A program made the position numbers and the translations under genes. From positions 4,224,001 through 4,288,000 of the forward strand of contig OY970368.1 in assembly GCA_963718615.1 (NCBI GenBank): a stretch of DNA of 64,000 nucleotides, written 5' to 3'. The DNA is from an uncultured cyanobacterium. GTDB lineage: Bacteria > Cyanobacteriota > Cyanobacteriia > PCC-9006 > JAAUQQ01. Shown in pieces: positions 1-11,180 of the stretch. Under the pieces are notes generated by a model. That model saw only the letters and a program-made list of their open reading frames with translations. It had not been told where the DNA came from and searched no databases. Every line of letters begins with the position of its first letter. Within the stretch, counting starts at the first letter, position 1.

Positions 1-706
1 GCTATCGGGAGAACCAGAAGCTCGGGCGATCGCATCCTTCCCCCCAGACAGCGTACTAGGGTCGACAATTCCCCCAGAAATTAAAACCTTAAAGGCATTC
101 TCAACGGAAATTGACGTTTGGATCACTTCACTTTCTGGAACGATTGCATACCAGCCACTGGTGGGATTGGGCGTCGTCGGGATAAACACACTCAACATCG
201 GATTGCTGGGATCTGGATTAAGACCCGCCGCTACGCCCCCGGTGACAAAGGCGATCGTCCACATGTTACGACGGGGATATTCCACCAGAACCACCCGCCG
301 AAAGCGACTATCTGAGCCTAGCAGGGTTTCCAGCAATTGTTTTAACGTCGTGTAGACCGAGCCCGCAAGCGGGATTGCCCTGAGCGTGCGCTCCCCAAAA
401 TCCAGCAGCCACCGCCCTGCAATATTGCGCGCCATCAAACCGATGAGCAAAATACTGAACAGGGGGACCGCTAAACCAATGGACAGATTGAGCAAATCCC
501 CAAGAATGGGATTTAACTCGTTAAAAGGATTGAGCTGCTTGGGGATGCTGGTTAAAAAATCAATCACCCAGCGGGCCACCGTGATGGTTAACCAAATGGT
601 GGTCGCCAGAAGGGATCACCACCAGCAAACCTGCAATTAAGTCACTTTTAAGATCCTGTCGCAGTCGCTGGATAAGCGTTAATCTACTTTCCTCTGGCAG
701 AGACAT
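1..706 (-). pseudogene. DUF502 membrane protein, apparent +1 frameshift at ~610 (probably a sequence error); 3' end runs off the window
   Basis: Hand translation gives MSLPEESRLTLIQRLRQDLKSDLIAGLLVVIP, then in a shifted frame LATTIWLTITVARWVIDFLTSIPKQLNPF...VLVEYPRRNMWTIAFVTG, typical of cyanobacterial DUF502. Confidence 0.8.
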
Positions 707-800
707 GGACTATCGAAACCGTGAAAGGGAATTCGGAGCAGGGAACCAGTCTTTTAATTATCTCAGTTCCACAGCTATTTTACGAAATCTGTATCACAAG

Positions 801-1751
801 TCACCAGGAGTCTGGGCCATCGCATAGTTGGGGGATGGGGAGTCGCTGACGGTTTTGGCCAGAACCTACAGAATGTCCGGCGGGAGGCGCTGCGGGAGAC
901 GCTGCGGGATGTAAGGGCGTCGTGTAGACCTCATCGTAGGGCCGGTGCTCGATTTCCCAAACTTTGAGGACAATTAAATATTCATAAAACATCTGTAAGA
1001 CGCACCAGCGGAAGCCGGCCTGACCATCCAAAAATCCTCTCAAAAAGAAATACATATAAACAAACCGAATTAGCGGGCGCAGGGGCGTACGCAGCGAGAG
1101 ATCCTTTAAAGCTCGACGACGTTCGACTTCGGTTTTGCCCCAAAACAGATCGCTCCAGCGGGTTTCGCCATGGGTGAGCTGGTGGATCGTTTCCTGGGCT
1201 TCGTCGGTGGAGTAGCGGTTGTGTTTGTCGATCCAGCGGCTGAGCCCTTTGCCTGAGGTGTAGTGGGGGTAGGTGGCCTTGAGAAATCCGGTGGGACCGT
1301 CGCAGACTTCTCGTTCGGTGTGGCCGTAGTCGCTAAACCAAACCTTGTCGGGGCGCAGCAGCCGCAGTTGATAGCGGGGATATTGGGTGCTGTGGCGAAT
1401 CCAATGGCCCATGAACATGACCCGTTCAGCGGCGTAGAAGCCGACGTTTTCCGTCTTTTGAATGACCTTGCAGCATTCCTGAAACAGTTCTGGCGTCATC
1501 CGCTCGTCGGCTTCAAGAATATAAACCCACTCGTGTTTGGCCGGGATTTCCTGAAGCATCCAGGTGCGCTGCTTGCCATGGCTCTCGAAGGCGTGGGGCA
1601 CAAACCGGACGGGGGATTGCTGGGCGATTTCGGCGGTGCGATCGCTACTCAGGGAATCCACCACAATAATGTCATCGGAGAGCTGGGCTGATTCGATACA
1701 GGCTGCGATATCTCGTTCTTCGTTATAGGTCAAAATATAAATCGAGAACAT
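801..1751 (-). CDS. glycosyltransferase family 2
   Basis: MFSIYILTYNEE...VVDSLSSDRT...ILEADERMTPEL GT-A fold motifs; likely start at ATG 1751. Confidence 0.9.
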   Translation of the reverse strand: MFSIYILTYNEERDIAACIESAQLSDDIIVVDSLSSDRTAEIAQQSPVRFVPHAFESHGKQRTWMLQEIPAKHEWVYILEADERMTPELFQECCKVIQKTENVGFYAAERVMFMGHWIRHSTQYPRYQLRLLRPDKVWFSDYGHTEREVCDGPTGFLKATYPHYTSGKGLSRWIDKHNRYSTDEAQETIHQLTHGETRWSDLFWGKTEVERRRALKDLSLRTPLRPLIRFVYMYFFLRGFLDGQAGFRWCVLQMFYEYLIVLKVWEIEHRPYDEVYTTPLHPAASPAAPPAGHSVGSGQNRQRLPIPQLCDGPDSW

Positions 1752-1950
1752 AGCTCCAGACTTGGCTTCAGCCCTAAAATATTGATCAACAGGCAATGTG
1801 ACGAAATGTTGCTAGAAGGCCCTAACTCTCGTTCCTAGAATGCCCGTTGAGCGGCTAGAAATGACAGGACTTCATAACAGAGGGGCTTGGCAAATTACCA
1901 AACCCCTCTCGCTTGCTTCCATGACGTTGATGTTGAAAACCCAGACCATC

Positions 1951-2697
1951 CTATTTGGCGGCGCGCAGTCCGGTCCAGCCCACAACCGCGTAGGCGATCG
2001 CCAACAGCAAACTACTCAACCCCGTTCGCAGACTCGACTTCAGAGCACCGGTCTTGGCATTGCTGATGGCATCGGCTTTGCGGGTTTGAATTTCGGTTTT
2101 GAGGCGGCCTTCCTCTTCCTTCGCCTTCTCGTTCAAATAGCTGTCAATGGATGCGGGTTTATCCTTGAATTGCTGGAGCAGGGTCACTTGATCTTCCTTG
2201 ACTTGACCGCTGGCGATCGCCTGGTTTAAGACCGCTTCGTTTTGCAGCAGCGCCTGAATCCGACCCTTCTCTTGCTGCACTTGATTGGCCACCACCGTAG
2301 GCAAGTTTTTATCAGCTTCAGTGGCCTGCTTGTCAAGCTCTTCTAACTGGGCTTTCTGAGCTGCGCTAGCATTGCTGAGATGGAACGGCACGACCAAAAG
2401 AAACATCAACCCCAACAGACTGGCCAACCCCAACGACACCAAGCGCACTGCGCCCAGATTGCTCCCAGCGCGGCTATCGGACTGTTCAGTAATCCAACTG
2501 CCGACGAGCAAAAACGTGATACCGACCAACGGAACGATGCCGCGATCGACCAACTGTCCGGCCAAACCCAGTTTCCACTGAAGCTGGTCAAATTGGGGCG
2601 GCACGAGCAAAACCAAATAATCCAGCAGAGAAGTCAGAATCAGAACAGCCCCAACGGTCATCAGGGTACGAGAAGCGAGCGACGTCATGGATTTCAT
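1951..2697 (-). CDS. HpsJ-family membrane protein (polysaccharide-associated)
   Basis: Three N-terminal TM helices with LVDRGIVPLVG motif, coiled-coil region, C-terminal TM helix; adjacent to a GT2 gene. Confidence 0.7.
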   Translation of the reverse strand: MKSMTSLASRTLMTVGAVLILTSLLDYLVLLVPPQFDQLQWKLGLAGQLVDRGIVPLVGITFLLVGSWITEQSDSRAGSNLGAVRLVSLGLASLLGLMFLLVVPFHLSNASAAQKAQLEELDKQATEADKNLPTVVANQVQQEKGRIQALLQNEAVLNQAIASGQVKEDQVTLLQQFKDKPASIDSYLNEKAKEEEGRLKTEIQTRKADAISNAKTGALKSSLRTGLSSLLLAIAYAVVGWTGLRAAK

Positions 2698-3116
2698 AGA
2701 AGGTCAGTCGAAAAAGGCCTGGATGGACAGTTCGAAAAGTAAACAAAAAATAAAAACGTTTTCAGCGATCGACAATGAACTATTGAGTAGCCGCCAGAGA
2801 AAAATCAGTACGACCTGATGGTACCCCGTTCATCCTCCGAATGTGCAGGGGCAAATGTGCAGAGAGATCCGGCTTCCCCAAACTCGCACTTTTTGCAGTC
2901 TCTAATGCTACATTAACTTCTCCGTATGTCGAGCGGGGGTCCGGAATTCTTGAGAAAAAACCTGACTTTTGGAGGCCGGTGGGCAGAAGTCGAGAGAATA
3001 AAATCGCTATGCCGGTTTTGGTCTGTCTCCTTCTGTCTCATTCAGAGTTTCTGAGTCAAAATTTCCGAGTCAAAATTGCTCAGCGTTAATTCCCCTATAT
3101 TTCCCTCTAAATCTCC

Positions 3117-3842
3117 ATGACGATGTCTTCTCGGATCGAAGTGTTACCGACACCAGAGGCCCTAATTCAAAGTGCCCTGGCACGGGTGGTGGAACAGATC
3201 CATCAGGCGATTCGCGATCGCGGTCGATGCAGTCTGGCCCTCTCGGGGGGAAGTACCCCCAAGCCGCTTTATGCTGCCCTCGCCCAGCAGGACCTGCCCC
3301 TCGGGCAACTGCATCTGTTCTGGGGGGATGAACGGTTTGTTCCAGCGGACCATGCCGATAGTAATTACGCCATGGTGAAGCAGGTCTGGCTCGATCCCGT
3401 CGGATTTCCGGCGGAAAATGTCTATGCTGTACCGACCCACGGCATGAAGCCGGAAACCGCTGCGGCGCAGTATGAGCAAACCCTGCGTGACTTTTTTGAG
3501 ACTGAACCGGAGAGGGTGCCCGCGTTTGATTTGATCCTGTTGGGGTTGGGGGATGATGGCCATACGGCTTCGCTATTTCCCCAGACGGCGGCTTTGGAGG
3601 TGCGCGATCGCCTCGTTACGGTGGGCGAAAAGTCGGGTCAGCCTCGGATTACCTTTACGGTGCCGTTGATCAACCAAGCCAGGGAAGTACTGTTTGTGGT
3701 AGCGGGAGCTAATAAACAAACGGCCCTCGCCCAAATTTTTGCAGCCCAGGCCGATGCCCGACAGTATCCGGCACGCTTGGTGCAATCTGAGCAAGTCACC
3801 TGGCTCTTGGACAGTGCGGCTGGCGCTGAGCTAGGGCAATAA
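3117..3842 (+). CDS. pgl: 6-phosphogluconolactonase
   Basis: LSGGSTP, FWGDERFVP, LLGLGDDGHTASLFP motifs. Confidence 0.95.
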   Translation: MTMSSRIEVLPTPEALIQSALARVVEQIHQAIRDRGRCSLALSGGSTPKPLYAALAQQDLPLGQLHLFWGDERFVPADHADSNYAMVKQVWLDPVGFPAENVYAVPTHGMKPETAAAQYEQTLRDFFETEPERVPAFDLILLGLGDDGHTASLFPQTAALEVRDRLVTVGEKSGQPRITFTVPLINQAREVLFVVAGANKQTALAQIFAAQADARQYPARLVQSEQVTWLLDSAAGAELGQ

Positions 3843-4009
3843 AATTCCCGGAGAGAATGTGCCAGGAAGCGTAATGTAAAGCACAATCTTTCTCGCAATA
3901 GTGTAGAGATCCCCTACGCATCTGCATGGTCCTACCGCTATGATAGGTGCGCAGAAGAGGCCGATTGGGTCTGTACGGTCACTGTCCAAGCTTAATGTCC
4001 TAAAAAGCT

Positions 4010-4714
4010 ATGATTGTTTGCCCAAATTGCAACCATCACAATCCTGAAGGGGCGACTCAGTGTGAAGCTTGTTATACCCCGCTGCCGGAGATGGTGCCCT
4101 GTCCGAACTGCGGCGCACCTGTTCAGGTCGATGCCAATTTCTGTGGTCAGTGCGGATTTCATATTCAATCCCCAGAGGCGGTTCTGCCCACGGCCCTAGA
4201 GGTGCCGGCAGCAGCAGGTCAGCCAGATTTGCCCGAACTGGAGGAACCTGAGCCCCTTTCCGAACCCGAACCCGTGATGTCAGGGCTAGGGCCAGAGCCC
4301 GAAACCGAGGCGGCAGAAGGCAGTTCCGGCTTCGAGTCTACTGCCTTGGTGGTACCGAAGAGTCAGGCTACGACCCAGCTTCAAACCCATCGAGCCATGC
4401 TGTTGCATGTTCGGACCAATGTGGCGCTGCCCCTACCCGAAAATCTGTCGGTGATCCATCTTGGCAAGCCGAACGATCGCGTACCTCCCGATCTGGACGT
4501 TTCGGGATTTCCGGATTCTGAAGTGGTGTCCCGGATTCATGCGGATATTCGGGTGGAGGGTGATGCGTTTTACATTGAAGATGTGGGCAGCTCCAATGGT
4601 ACCTACGTTAATAATTTGCCCCTTGCCCCCGGCAACCGTCATCGTTTGCGGGTGGGCGATCGCATCGCTTTCGGGAAGGGGGATTTGGTCACCTTTTTCT
4701 TCCAGGTTGGTTAG
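4010..4714 (+). CDS. double zinc-ribbon plus FHA domain protein
   Basis: Four CxxC pairs at N-terminus; FHA motifs VSRIHA and DVGSSNGTYVN. Confidence 0.9.
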   Translation: MIVCPNCNHHNPEGATQCEACYTPLPEMVPCPNCGAPVQVDANFCGQCGFHIQSPEAVLPTALEVPAAAGQPDLPELEEPEPLSEPEPVMSGLGPEPETEAAEGSSGFESTALVVPKSQATTQLQTHRAMLLHVRTNVALPLPENLSVIHLGKPNDRVPPDLDVSGFPDSEVVSRIHADIRVEGDAFYIEDVGSSNGTYVNNLPLAPGNRHRLRVGDRIAFGKGDLVTFFFQVG

Positions 4715-4905
4715 TGTAAGCTAGCAAGCCAATCGGTGTAGGCGGGTATATTAATCTAGGGAATCGGTCAGTACTGTGTTAGTGCTACTATGCTGCTTGA
4801 TTTCTGTTGCGTACTTGTGCGTATCTGAACTTGAGCAGATGCGACTGAAACCGCTCGCTCGGCTCAATCGTTTGTTTCTAACCCTACGCCAGTCGTGCTC
4901 TTGAC

Positions 4906-5283
4906 GTGATTACTCTGACCCTACTGCATCCACTGCAATCAACCCCTGTTCAGACTTGGACGTTCCAGCAGGAACCGGTGGTTCGGATTGGCCGTGCAGC
5001 GGATAACCAAGTGGTTCTCTACAGCGCGGTGGTGTCTCGGTATCATGTCGAGATTCAGATCTCCGGCTCCGATTGGAAGGTGGTTAACCTCGGCACCAAC
5101 GGAACGTACATCAGCGGTAAGCGCATCGAACAACAGACGGTCGAAGATGGCATGGTCATTCGGCTGGCTCGCTCGGGACCGATGATTCAGATTCGCCTCA
5201 ATCAAAATGCGGCGACCCCTGCCCCCCAAACGGCGGCGGAAGCATTTCGCAGCGCTCAGCACGAAGCAGAACAGATGTCCTAA
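4906..5283 (+). CDS. small FHA domain protein
   Basis: RIGRAADN, VSRYH and NGTY FHA motifs. Confidence 0.9.
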   Translation: MITLTLLHPLQSTPVQTWTFQQEPVVRIGRAADNQVVLYSAVVSRYHVEIQISGSDWKVVNLGTNGTYISGKRIEQQTVEDGMVIRLARSGPMIQIRLNQNAATPAPQTAAEAFRSAQHEAEQMS

Positions 5284-5482
5284 GGGGATGTCCTCAAGGG
5301 ATGCCCTAGGGTTTATCTGGCCTAATAGTTTTGCGGCTGAATAATTCTTAAAGTTTTTCGATCCGTATCTATTTCGACCTTTGTGGCGATCGCTTCGTTT
5401 TGGTCTACCACAGGTTGTGACAAATTGCTGTATAGCGTCTATCCTTAACGCACATTTGGCCGTAGGTGCTTCGTAGACTGCT

Positions 5483-6166
5483 ATGCGCAACTTACCTGTT
5501 TCGCTTCTTTCTTTGGGTCTTTTGCTTTCGGGTTCACTCGGTCTAGGGAGATCTGCCCAGGCTCTCCCCTTGGTGGATTGGCAATTTGACCCTGAACAGA
5601 ACGCATTGGCTGTCCAGTTGGACGCTGGTGTAACACCGCAATATTTTCTGTTGGCCGATCCCCTGCGCATTGTGGTGGATCTACCCCATACCCAGTTCCA
5701 AACCCCTCGAACGGATGAGCTGTTCACGGGCGATGTGAGTCGCATTCAGGTCAGCGAAGCCCAGCCAGGGACAACCCGTGTGGTGATGGAGCTGGCACCG
5801 GGGGCCGCATTGCAAGCGGAGCCGATCGCCTTGGAAGATTTGGGGCAGGGTCAATGGCAAATTAAACCGCTGCTGGCTCAAGGGGCGACACCGGAGGTTT
5901 CGGTTCCCGTTTTGCCTCTGACGGAAGCCCTGATGGGGGCTGGAGAATCCGTGACGACGTCCGAGACTTTACCACCGGTTGCGGCCCAGGCTTCGGTGCA
6001 GGCTGCGGCGCAAACTTCGGCACAAACTTCGGCGCAAACTTCGGCGGAGATCGTAGATCCCCTGGTCGAACCCCAGTTGCCCTATCTGGTGGAATTTGGT
6101 CAGCCCCTACCGGGAATTATGCCTGCGCTTCCCCCAGCGGCCTATCTCCCGCCAGCTCAACTCTAG
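5483..6166 (+). CDS. AMIN domain protein, secreted
   Basis: Signal peptide; WQFDP...PLRIVVDLP...[12 protein letters not shown] signature. Confidence 0.8.
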   Translation: MRNLPVSLLSLGLLLSGSLGLGRSAQALPLVDWQFDPEQNALAVQLDAGVTPQYFLLADPLRIVVDLPHTQFQTPRTDELFTGDVSRIQVSEAQPGTTRVVMELAPGAALQAEPIALEDLGQGQWQIKPLLAQGATPEVSVPVLPLTEALMGAGESVTTSETLPPVAAQASVQAAAQTSAQTSAQTSAEIVDPLVEPQLPYLVEFGQPLPGIMPALPPAAYLPPAQL

Positions 6167-7449
6167 GCGCGTAACGCCAATAGTTTTCGTCGCAGTTCAT
6201 CGCCTTGCATCAAGAGGGCCGATTGCTCTAGGGCTGACTGTTCTCCCGATTGCAACCACTTGAGCTGCAGGGTCTGGGTGTCCACCTCGGCTTCTCCGAG
6301 GACCAGACAGGCGGCTGCCCCGCTGCGATCCGCTCGCTTGAACTGTTTGCCGAAGGTGCTGCCGCTGAGGTCTAGCTCAACGCTGAAGCCTTGTCGCCGC
6401 AACTGCTGGGCTAGTCGCAGGGCCTGGGCTTCGGCTTTTTCTCCCCGTGAAACCATGTAAAAATCCAGGGCGATCGCCGGTGCCGCCTGCATCTGTTGCA
6501 AGAGAATCATCAGTCGCTCCAGCCCCATAGCCCAGCCCACCGCTTGGGTGACTGGACCGCCCAACTGTTCCACCAAGCCATCGTAGCGACCGCCCCCGCA
6601 GACAGTAGCTTGGGCTCCAAGGTCCGAAGACTGGATCTCAAAGGCGGTGTGGGTGTAATAGTCGAGCCCTCGCACCAGTCGGGGATTGAGCCGATAGGCA
6701 ATGCCCAGATCGGTGAGCGCTTGCTGGACCTTGCCAAAGAAGCTTTTGGATTCGGGACTTAGATAATCCAGCAAGCTGGGGGCATCGGCGACAATTTCCT
6801 GGGTTTTTTCATTCTTACTGTCAAGGATACGCAGGGGATTGCGCGTCAAACGGTCCTGGGAGTCGGCATCTAAATCCCCTTTGTAGGGGGTCAAAAACGC
6901 CACTAACGCCTCTCGATAGGCTTGGCGATCGCCCCCAGTGCCCACGGAATTCAAATCCATCGTTAGGTTGGTGAGGCCTAGCTGTTTGAGCAGGTCTGTG
7001 GCGATCGCAATTACCTCCGCATCGGCCCGCCCGTCGGCGCTGCCCAAAACCTCAGCACCCAACTGATGAAACTGGCGCTGGCGTCCACCTTGGGGTCGCT
7101 CATAGCGAAACATGGGGCCACAATACCAAAGCCGCTGGACGCCGCCTTGGGCTGCAAGACCATGCTCGATATAGGCGCGGACTACGCCTGCGGTGTTTTC
7201 CGGTCGGAGGGTAATAGCGCGATCGCCCCGGTCCGTAAAGCTATACATCTCCTTGCCAACCACATCCGTCGCTTCGCCAATGCCTCGGGCGAACAGCGCC
7301 GTTTCTTCAAAAATTGGCGTGCGAATCTCTTGATAGGCGGCTTGGGCGAACTGTTGACGGGCCGTTGCTTCGACCCATTGCCAATAAGCGATCTCCGCTG
7401 GCAAAATATCCCGCGTGCCGCGTAATGCCCGAAGCGAACCCATGATCAT
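6163..7449 (-). CDS. hisS: histidine--tRNA ligase
   Basis: [29 protein letters not shown] and GGGRYDGL motifs. Confidence 0.98.
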   Translation of the reverse strand: MIMGSLRALRGTRDILPAEIAYWQWVEATARQQFAQAAYQEIRTPIFEETALFARGIGEATDVVGKEMYSFTDRGDRAITLRPENTAGVVRAYIEHGLAAQGGVQRLWYCGPMFRYERPQGGRQRQFHQLGAEVLGSADGRADAEVIAIATDLLKQLGLTNLTMDLNSVGTGGDRQAYREALVAFLTPYKGDLDADSQDRLTRNPLRILDSKNEKTQEIVADAPSLLDYLSPESKSFFGKVQQALTDLGIAYRLNPRLVRGLDYYTHTAFEIQSSDLGAQATVCGGGRYDGLVEQLGGPVTQAVGWAMGLERLMILLQQMQAAPAIALDFYMVSRGEKAEAQALRLAQQLRRQGFSVELDLSGSTFGKQFKRADRSGAAACLVLGEAEVDTQTLQLKWLQSGEQSALEQSALLMQGDELRRKLLALRA

Positions 7450-7489
7450 GACCTAAAGCAGTTTTTCTACGGTAGCAGTTCAAGCGCCC

Positions 7490-7786
7490 CTAGGAAGCCT
7501 GAGAGTTTTCGCTGGTGCTGGATTGTTCCTGGGGATCCGGCAGTTTGCAGCAGTTGACTTGATCAATGCAGATTTTTCCCCAGTTGAGTGCCCAGCGGAA
7601 GAGTGCCACCCGGTTGTCTGTGCCGGTTTTCTGCAAAATATTGCTGATATGGTTGTCGACGGTGCGTTTGCTAATCTCTAGTTGATTGGCAATATCTTGA
7701 TTGGTTAGTCCTGAAGCAACTAGCTCTACGATTTGCAGCTCGCGCTCAGACAGAACACTGTAGGTTTGAGAGTCGCTACCGGACAT
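7490..7786 (-). CDS. pedR: small LuxR-type HTH regulator, PedR-like
   Basis: LSERELQIVELVASGLTNQDIA...ISKRTVDNHISNI plus C-terminal cysteine cluster KICIDQVNCC. Confidence 0.85.
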   Translation of the reverse strand: MSGSDSQTYSVLSERELQIVELVASGLTNQDIANQLEISKRTVDNHISNILQKTGTDNRVALFRWALNWGKICIDQVNCCKLPDPQEQSSTSENSQAS

Positions 7787-7894
7787 AAGCTTTTATACTC
7801 GCGTATTTGTACTCATCACTCCCCCCATTCTACGAACAGAAACGTGAAAAGCCGTCAAAATCGTTGCAGACAGCTACAATTTGCGAATTTTTTA

Positions 7895-8290
7895 TTGATT
7901 CTGAGGAAATTGGGTCGGCGCAGCCTCCGATTTGTTTGCGGCTCGCTGGCGATCGCCCTATTGTTCCTCCATCCACACTTCACACCGAGGGCTTTTGCCG
8001 AGGGAGCTCTCAACGAGCGACCGGCCCTTTCGGCTGAACAGCTCGATCAATTTGTCAAAGCCTATCTTCAGGTCTTTGAGCTGATTGACCATCGTCAAAG
8101 CGAACTGCAAGCGGCTGAAACGGAGTCTGAATCCTTGCAAATTCAGCGGGAAATTGAGCAGGAGGCTTTTAATCAAATTGCAGCGGCGGGATTAACGCGT
8201 CAGGAATATCTGCAAATTTTGGGATTAGCCAATGCGGATCCAGAGGTTGGGGAACAGATTGCCGCGCAGATCCAAGAAGCGGCAAACTAA
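7895..8290 (+). CDS. DUF4168 domain protein (start uncertain)
   Basis: Signal-like segment, then LDQFVKAYLQV...GLTRQEYLQI helical pattern. Confidence 0.7.
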   Translation: MILRKLGRRSLRFVCGSLAIALLFLHPHFTPRAFAEGALNERPALSAEQLDQFVKAYLQVFELIDHRQSELQAAETESESLQIQREIEQEAFNQIAAAGLTRQEYLQILGLANADPEVGEQIAAQIQEAAN

Positions 8291-8333
8291 GAACAGCAAA
8301 TTCATAATCTAGTCCATCATTCTGGGTCTTTTC

Positions 8334-9312
8334 ATGCCTAGTCCCCGTGTTCTGTGCCTTGGTGAAATGCTGTTTGATCGACTGGCGGACCAGCCAGCAA
8401 TGTCTGCCGATGCGGTGCAAACTTGGACAGACTATCCCGGTGGTTCCCCGGCTAACGTGGCCTGTGCCTTAGCTCGCCTAGGGACCCCAGCTGCCTTTGT
8501 GGGCTGTTTGGGCCAGGATGAGCGGGGTGATGCCTTGATGCAAGTGTTAACCGAAGCGGGGGTGAATACGACTGCGGTTCAGCGTCACGCCACAGCACCC
8601 ACTCGTACGGTTGAGGTCTTGAGTGGAGCAGAAGGCGGCTCCTCCAGCGAATTTAGGACAGAGGCCACGACGACGTTTGCCGATACCCAGTTTCAAGCCA
8701 GTCAACTACCGGTGACGCTGTTTGAAGCTGCGGAGTATTTGGTGCTGGGCACGGTTGGGTTGGCCCAGCCGGAAACGGGACAGGCGATCGCCCGCGCCCT
8801 AGATTTAGCCGATCAGTACTACGTCAAAATTTTTCTCGATGTCAATTGGCGGCCTCAGTTTTGGCCAGATCCCGACCAAGCCACGGCCCAGATTGAAGCC
8901 CTGTTGAAGCGGATTGATTTCTTAAAACTGGCCGAGGAGGAAGCCCTTCTGGCTGTTTGAGACCGATGATCCCCAAACCATTTTGCAATCCCTGGAGCAG
9001 CTTGAAGGGGTGGTGGTGACCCAGGGCCAAACCGGCTGTCGCTATGCCTTTTCCCAGGGGGCGGTGGGTCGTCTACCGGCCTTTATCACCGCTGTGCAGG
9101 ATGTGACGGGGGCGGGGGATAGCTTTGTGGCAGCCTTGGTGCATCAATTGGTGGAGCAGGGACTGACGGGTCTGTCGGATATTGCCAAGCTGGAAGCGAT
9201 GCTGCGCTATGCCTCGGCGGCGGGGGCTTTGACGACGATGAAGCGGGGGGCGATCGCCGCCCAACCCACCGATGCGGAGATTCAAACCTTTTTGGTGGGG
9301 CGCGTCGGCTAG
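8334..9312 (+). pseudogene. PfkB-family carbohydrate kinase (fructokinase-like) split by a +1 frameshift at ~8948 (probably a sequence error)
   Basis: GGSPANVA and DVNWRP in ORF 8334-8960; DVTGAGDSF PfkB signature in ORF 8983-9312; removing one base gives EEEALWLFETDDP. Confidence 0.85.
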
Positions 9313-9314
9313 CC

Positions 9315-9794
9315 ATGGGTCAGGAAATTGAGCGAAAATTTTTGGTGCGGGGCGAGGGCTGGCGGGGACTGGCCAGCGGCATTCCCTACTGCCAGGGCTA
9401 TATCAAAACCGTCCAGGGCGATCGCCCCCATCGCTCCGTGCGAATTCGCATTGCCGGGAGCCAGGGCTATTTGACCATTAAGGGACCGATTCAGGGGATC
9501 ACCCGTTCGGAGTTTGAATATCCGATTCCGGTGGCCGAGGCACGGGAGATGCTGGAGAGTCTGTGCGATCGCCCCCTGATCGAAAAAATCCGCTACAAAA
9601 TCCCGTTTCAGGGGCTGACCTGGGAACTGGATGAATTTCTAGGGGAAAATCAGGGGCTGCTGATTGCCGAAGTGGAACTGTTGTCAGAATCCCAGGACAT
9701 TGTTTTGCCAGATTGGGTGGGTGAGGAGGTGACGGGCGATCGCCGCTATTACAACTCCGCTTTAGCCAATCATCCCTTTTCGGCTTGGACCTAG
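9315..9794 (+). CDS. CYTH domain protein (triphosphate tunnel fold)
   Basis: EIERKFLV N-terminal ExExK motif; LTIKG; WELDEF. Confidence 0.92.
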   Translation: MGQEIERKFLVRGEGWRGLASGIPYCQGYIKTVQGDRPHRSVRIRIAGSQGYLTIKGPIQGITRSEFEYPIPVAEAREMLESLCDRPLIEKIRYKIPFQGLTWELDEFLGENQGLLIAEVELLSESQDIVLPDWVGEEVTGDRRYYNSALANHPFSAWT

Positions 9795-9809
9795 GGTTGA
9801 GGTTAAGGG

Positions 9810-10304
9810 CTACAACGCTTGCAGCGCCGCCAGATACTCGATCGCCGCCTCCAATCGCGAGGGATAGCCATAGGCAAATTCCTCAAACCATAGCCCTTCG
9901 TCCGTGGTGACGTTAATGGTTTTGAGCCAATCCTGGGCATAGGCAACCAGCGCGGCCCGCTGCCGCTCGGCTTCGGCGGCTTGCTGCCGGGTCTGCGCCA
10001 AGGCTTCAGCTTCTTGCTTGGCGGCTTGCTCTGCCTTGAGCGTGGTCAAGAGCGGCAATTCTGCTGTGACCGGTGACGCTGTGACCGGTGACGCTGTGAC
10101 GGGCGACGCTGTGACCGGTGACGGGGGGGAATGGGAGAGTTGGGTTTGAACCTGTTTGCGATCGCCCTGACTAATCTGCGCCAGCAACTGCTCCAGGGAT
10201 GCGGGAGGGATCTTGGCAGCGGCTGGCGGTGAATCCAATTGCTTCGATCGCAGCGATCGCTCTGAAGGGTCCAAACGCTGGAGGAGTTGATCGAGAGGAT
10301 CCAT
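9810..10304 (-). CDS. Slr1339-family salt-stress protein
   Basis: C-terminal EGLWFEEFAYGYPSRLEAAIEYL motif. Confidence 0.75.
   Translation of the reverse strand: MDPLDQLLQRLDPSERSLRSKQLDSPPAAAKIPPASLEQLLAQISQGDRKQVQTQLSHSPPSPVTASPVTASPVTASPVTAELPLLTTLKAEQAAKQEAEALAQTRQQAAEAERQRAALVAYAQDWLKTINVTTDEGLWFEEFAYGYPSRLEAAIEYLAALQAL
10063..10122. repeat. 15-bp tandem repeat x4, in frame (SPVTA)
   Basis: GCTGTGACCGGTGAC units. Confidence 0.9.
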
Positions 10305-10308
10305 GGGT

Positions 10309-10908
10309 TTAGTCGGCGATCGCCGCAGTCAACACTTCTACCAAGCTCATATCCGCCATATCTTCCATCGTCACCGTATCGCAAATATCAAACTTGGCCC
10401 CGACTCCCTCTAGCTCATCATCCAACGCTTTGAGGAAGCGAGTTGCGCTAGCATCCGCACCCACTTGAATAAACGACACCGCCAGCTCTTCATCACGCTC
10501 CATCTGCTGGGTGGCATAAATAATGCTTTCCATTACCGCCCGACGATCATCGGGTTCCCCATCGGTGACCACCAAAATCGTTTCCCCCGCTGGTTTAGAT
10601 TGCCCCGCTGCTTTCCGTTGGAAATAGCTCTTGAAGGCATCGGTGAGGACCGCCGCCAAGTTGGTAGTACCCATGGGGTCATTTTCTAGAAAAATTTGTG
10701 AGACCTTGTCGGAGGTCACATCGTCATAGCGCCGAAAGCGGCTAGAAAAGAGATAGACCGTAATCCCGTCGGGGTCAAATTGCTCACACTTACGCGCCAA
10801 GGCGAGGGTTGATTCCTCTGCGACTTCCCAGCGACTGCGCTTCCCTTGGTCGCAGACCGACATGCTGCCGCTTTTATCCAGAATGAGGGTATAGTCCCGA
10901 TCTTTCAC
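10309..10908 (-). CDS. VWA domain protein
   Basis: MIDAS DKSGSM and VVTDGEP motifs; GTG start after AGGGAG RBS. Confidence 0.9.
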   Translation of the reverse strand: MKDRDYTLILDKSGSMSVCDQGKRSRWEVAEESTLALARKCEQFDPDGITVYLFSSRFRRYDDVTSDKVSQIFLENDPMGTTNLAAVLTDAFKSYFQRKAAGQSKPAGETILVVTDGEPDDRRAVMESIIYATQQMERDEELAVSFIQVGADASATRFLKALDDELEGVGAKFDICDTVTMEDMADMSLVEVLTAAIAD

Positions 10909-11180
10909 GTTGTTCTCCCTTTTTGAATGGGTACTCGTCTCAGTACTCTTTCGACTATAGCCAAGGACTTCTGAAGCTGCCATGCCGCCATGTTCAACGC
11001 CCCGATAAACACGTAGGCAAACACGCAGAGAAACACACCTGTCTATGTGGAAAAATCCACTGCCCCCTTTTCGCCCTCTAGATAGCATGAAACAATTTGC
11101 CTCAGCTCCGGGTCAAAAGGCTACAGACATTCCCGGCAGCTCCTATCCTAGTCAGTCTGTGCAGAAAGGAAAACAGCACC

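Noticed and set aside
3903-3917. NtcA box upstream of the FHA gene
   Set aside because: Spacing is GTA-N9-TAC, not N8.
8944-8960. Programmed +1 frameshift in the PfkB kinase (CTT near TGA, prfB-like)
   Set aside because: The stop is not adjacent to the CTT, and the same decamer error appears in another gene in a different codon phase.
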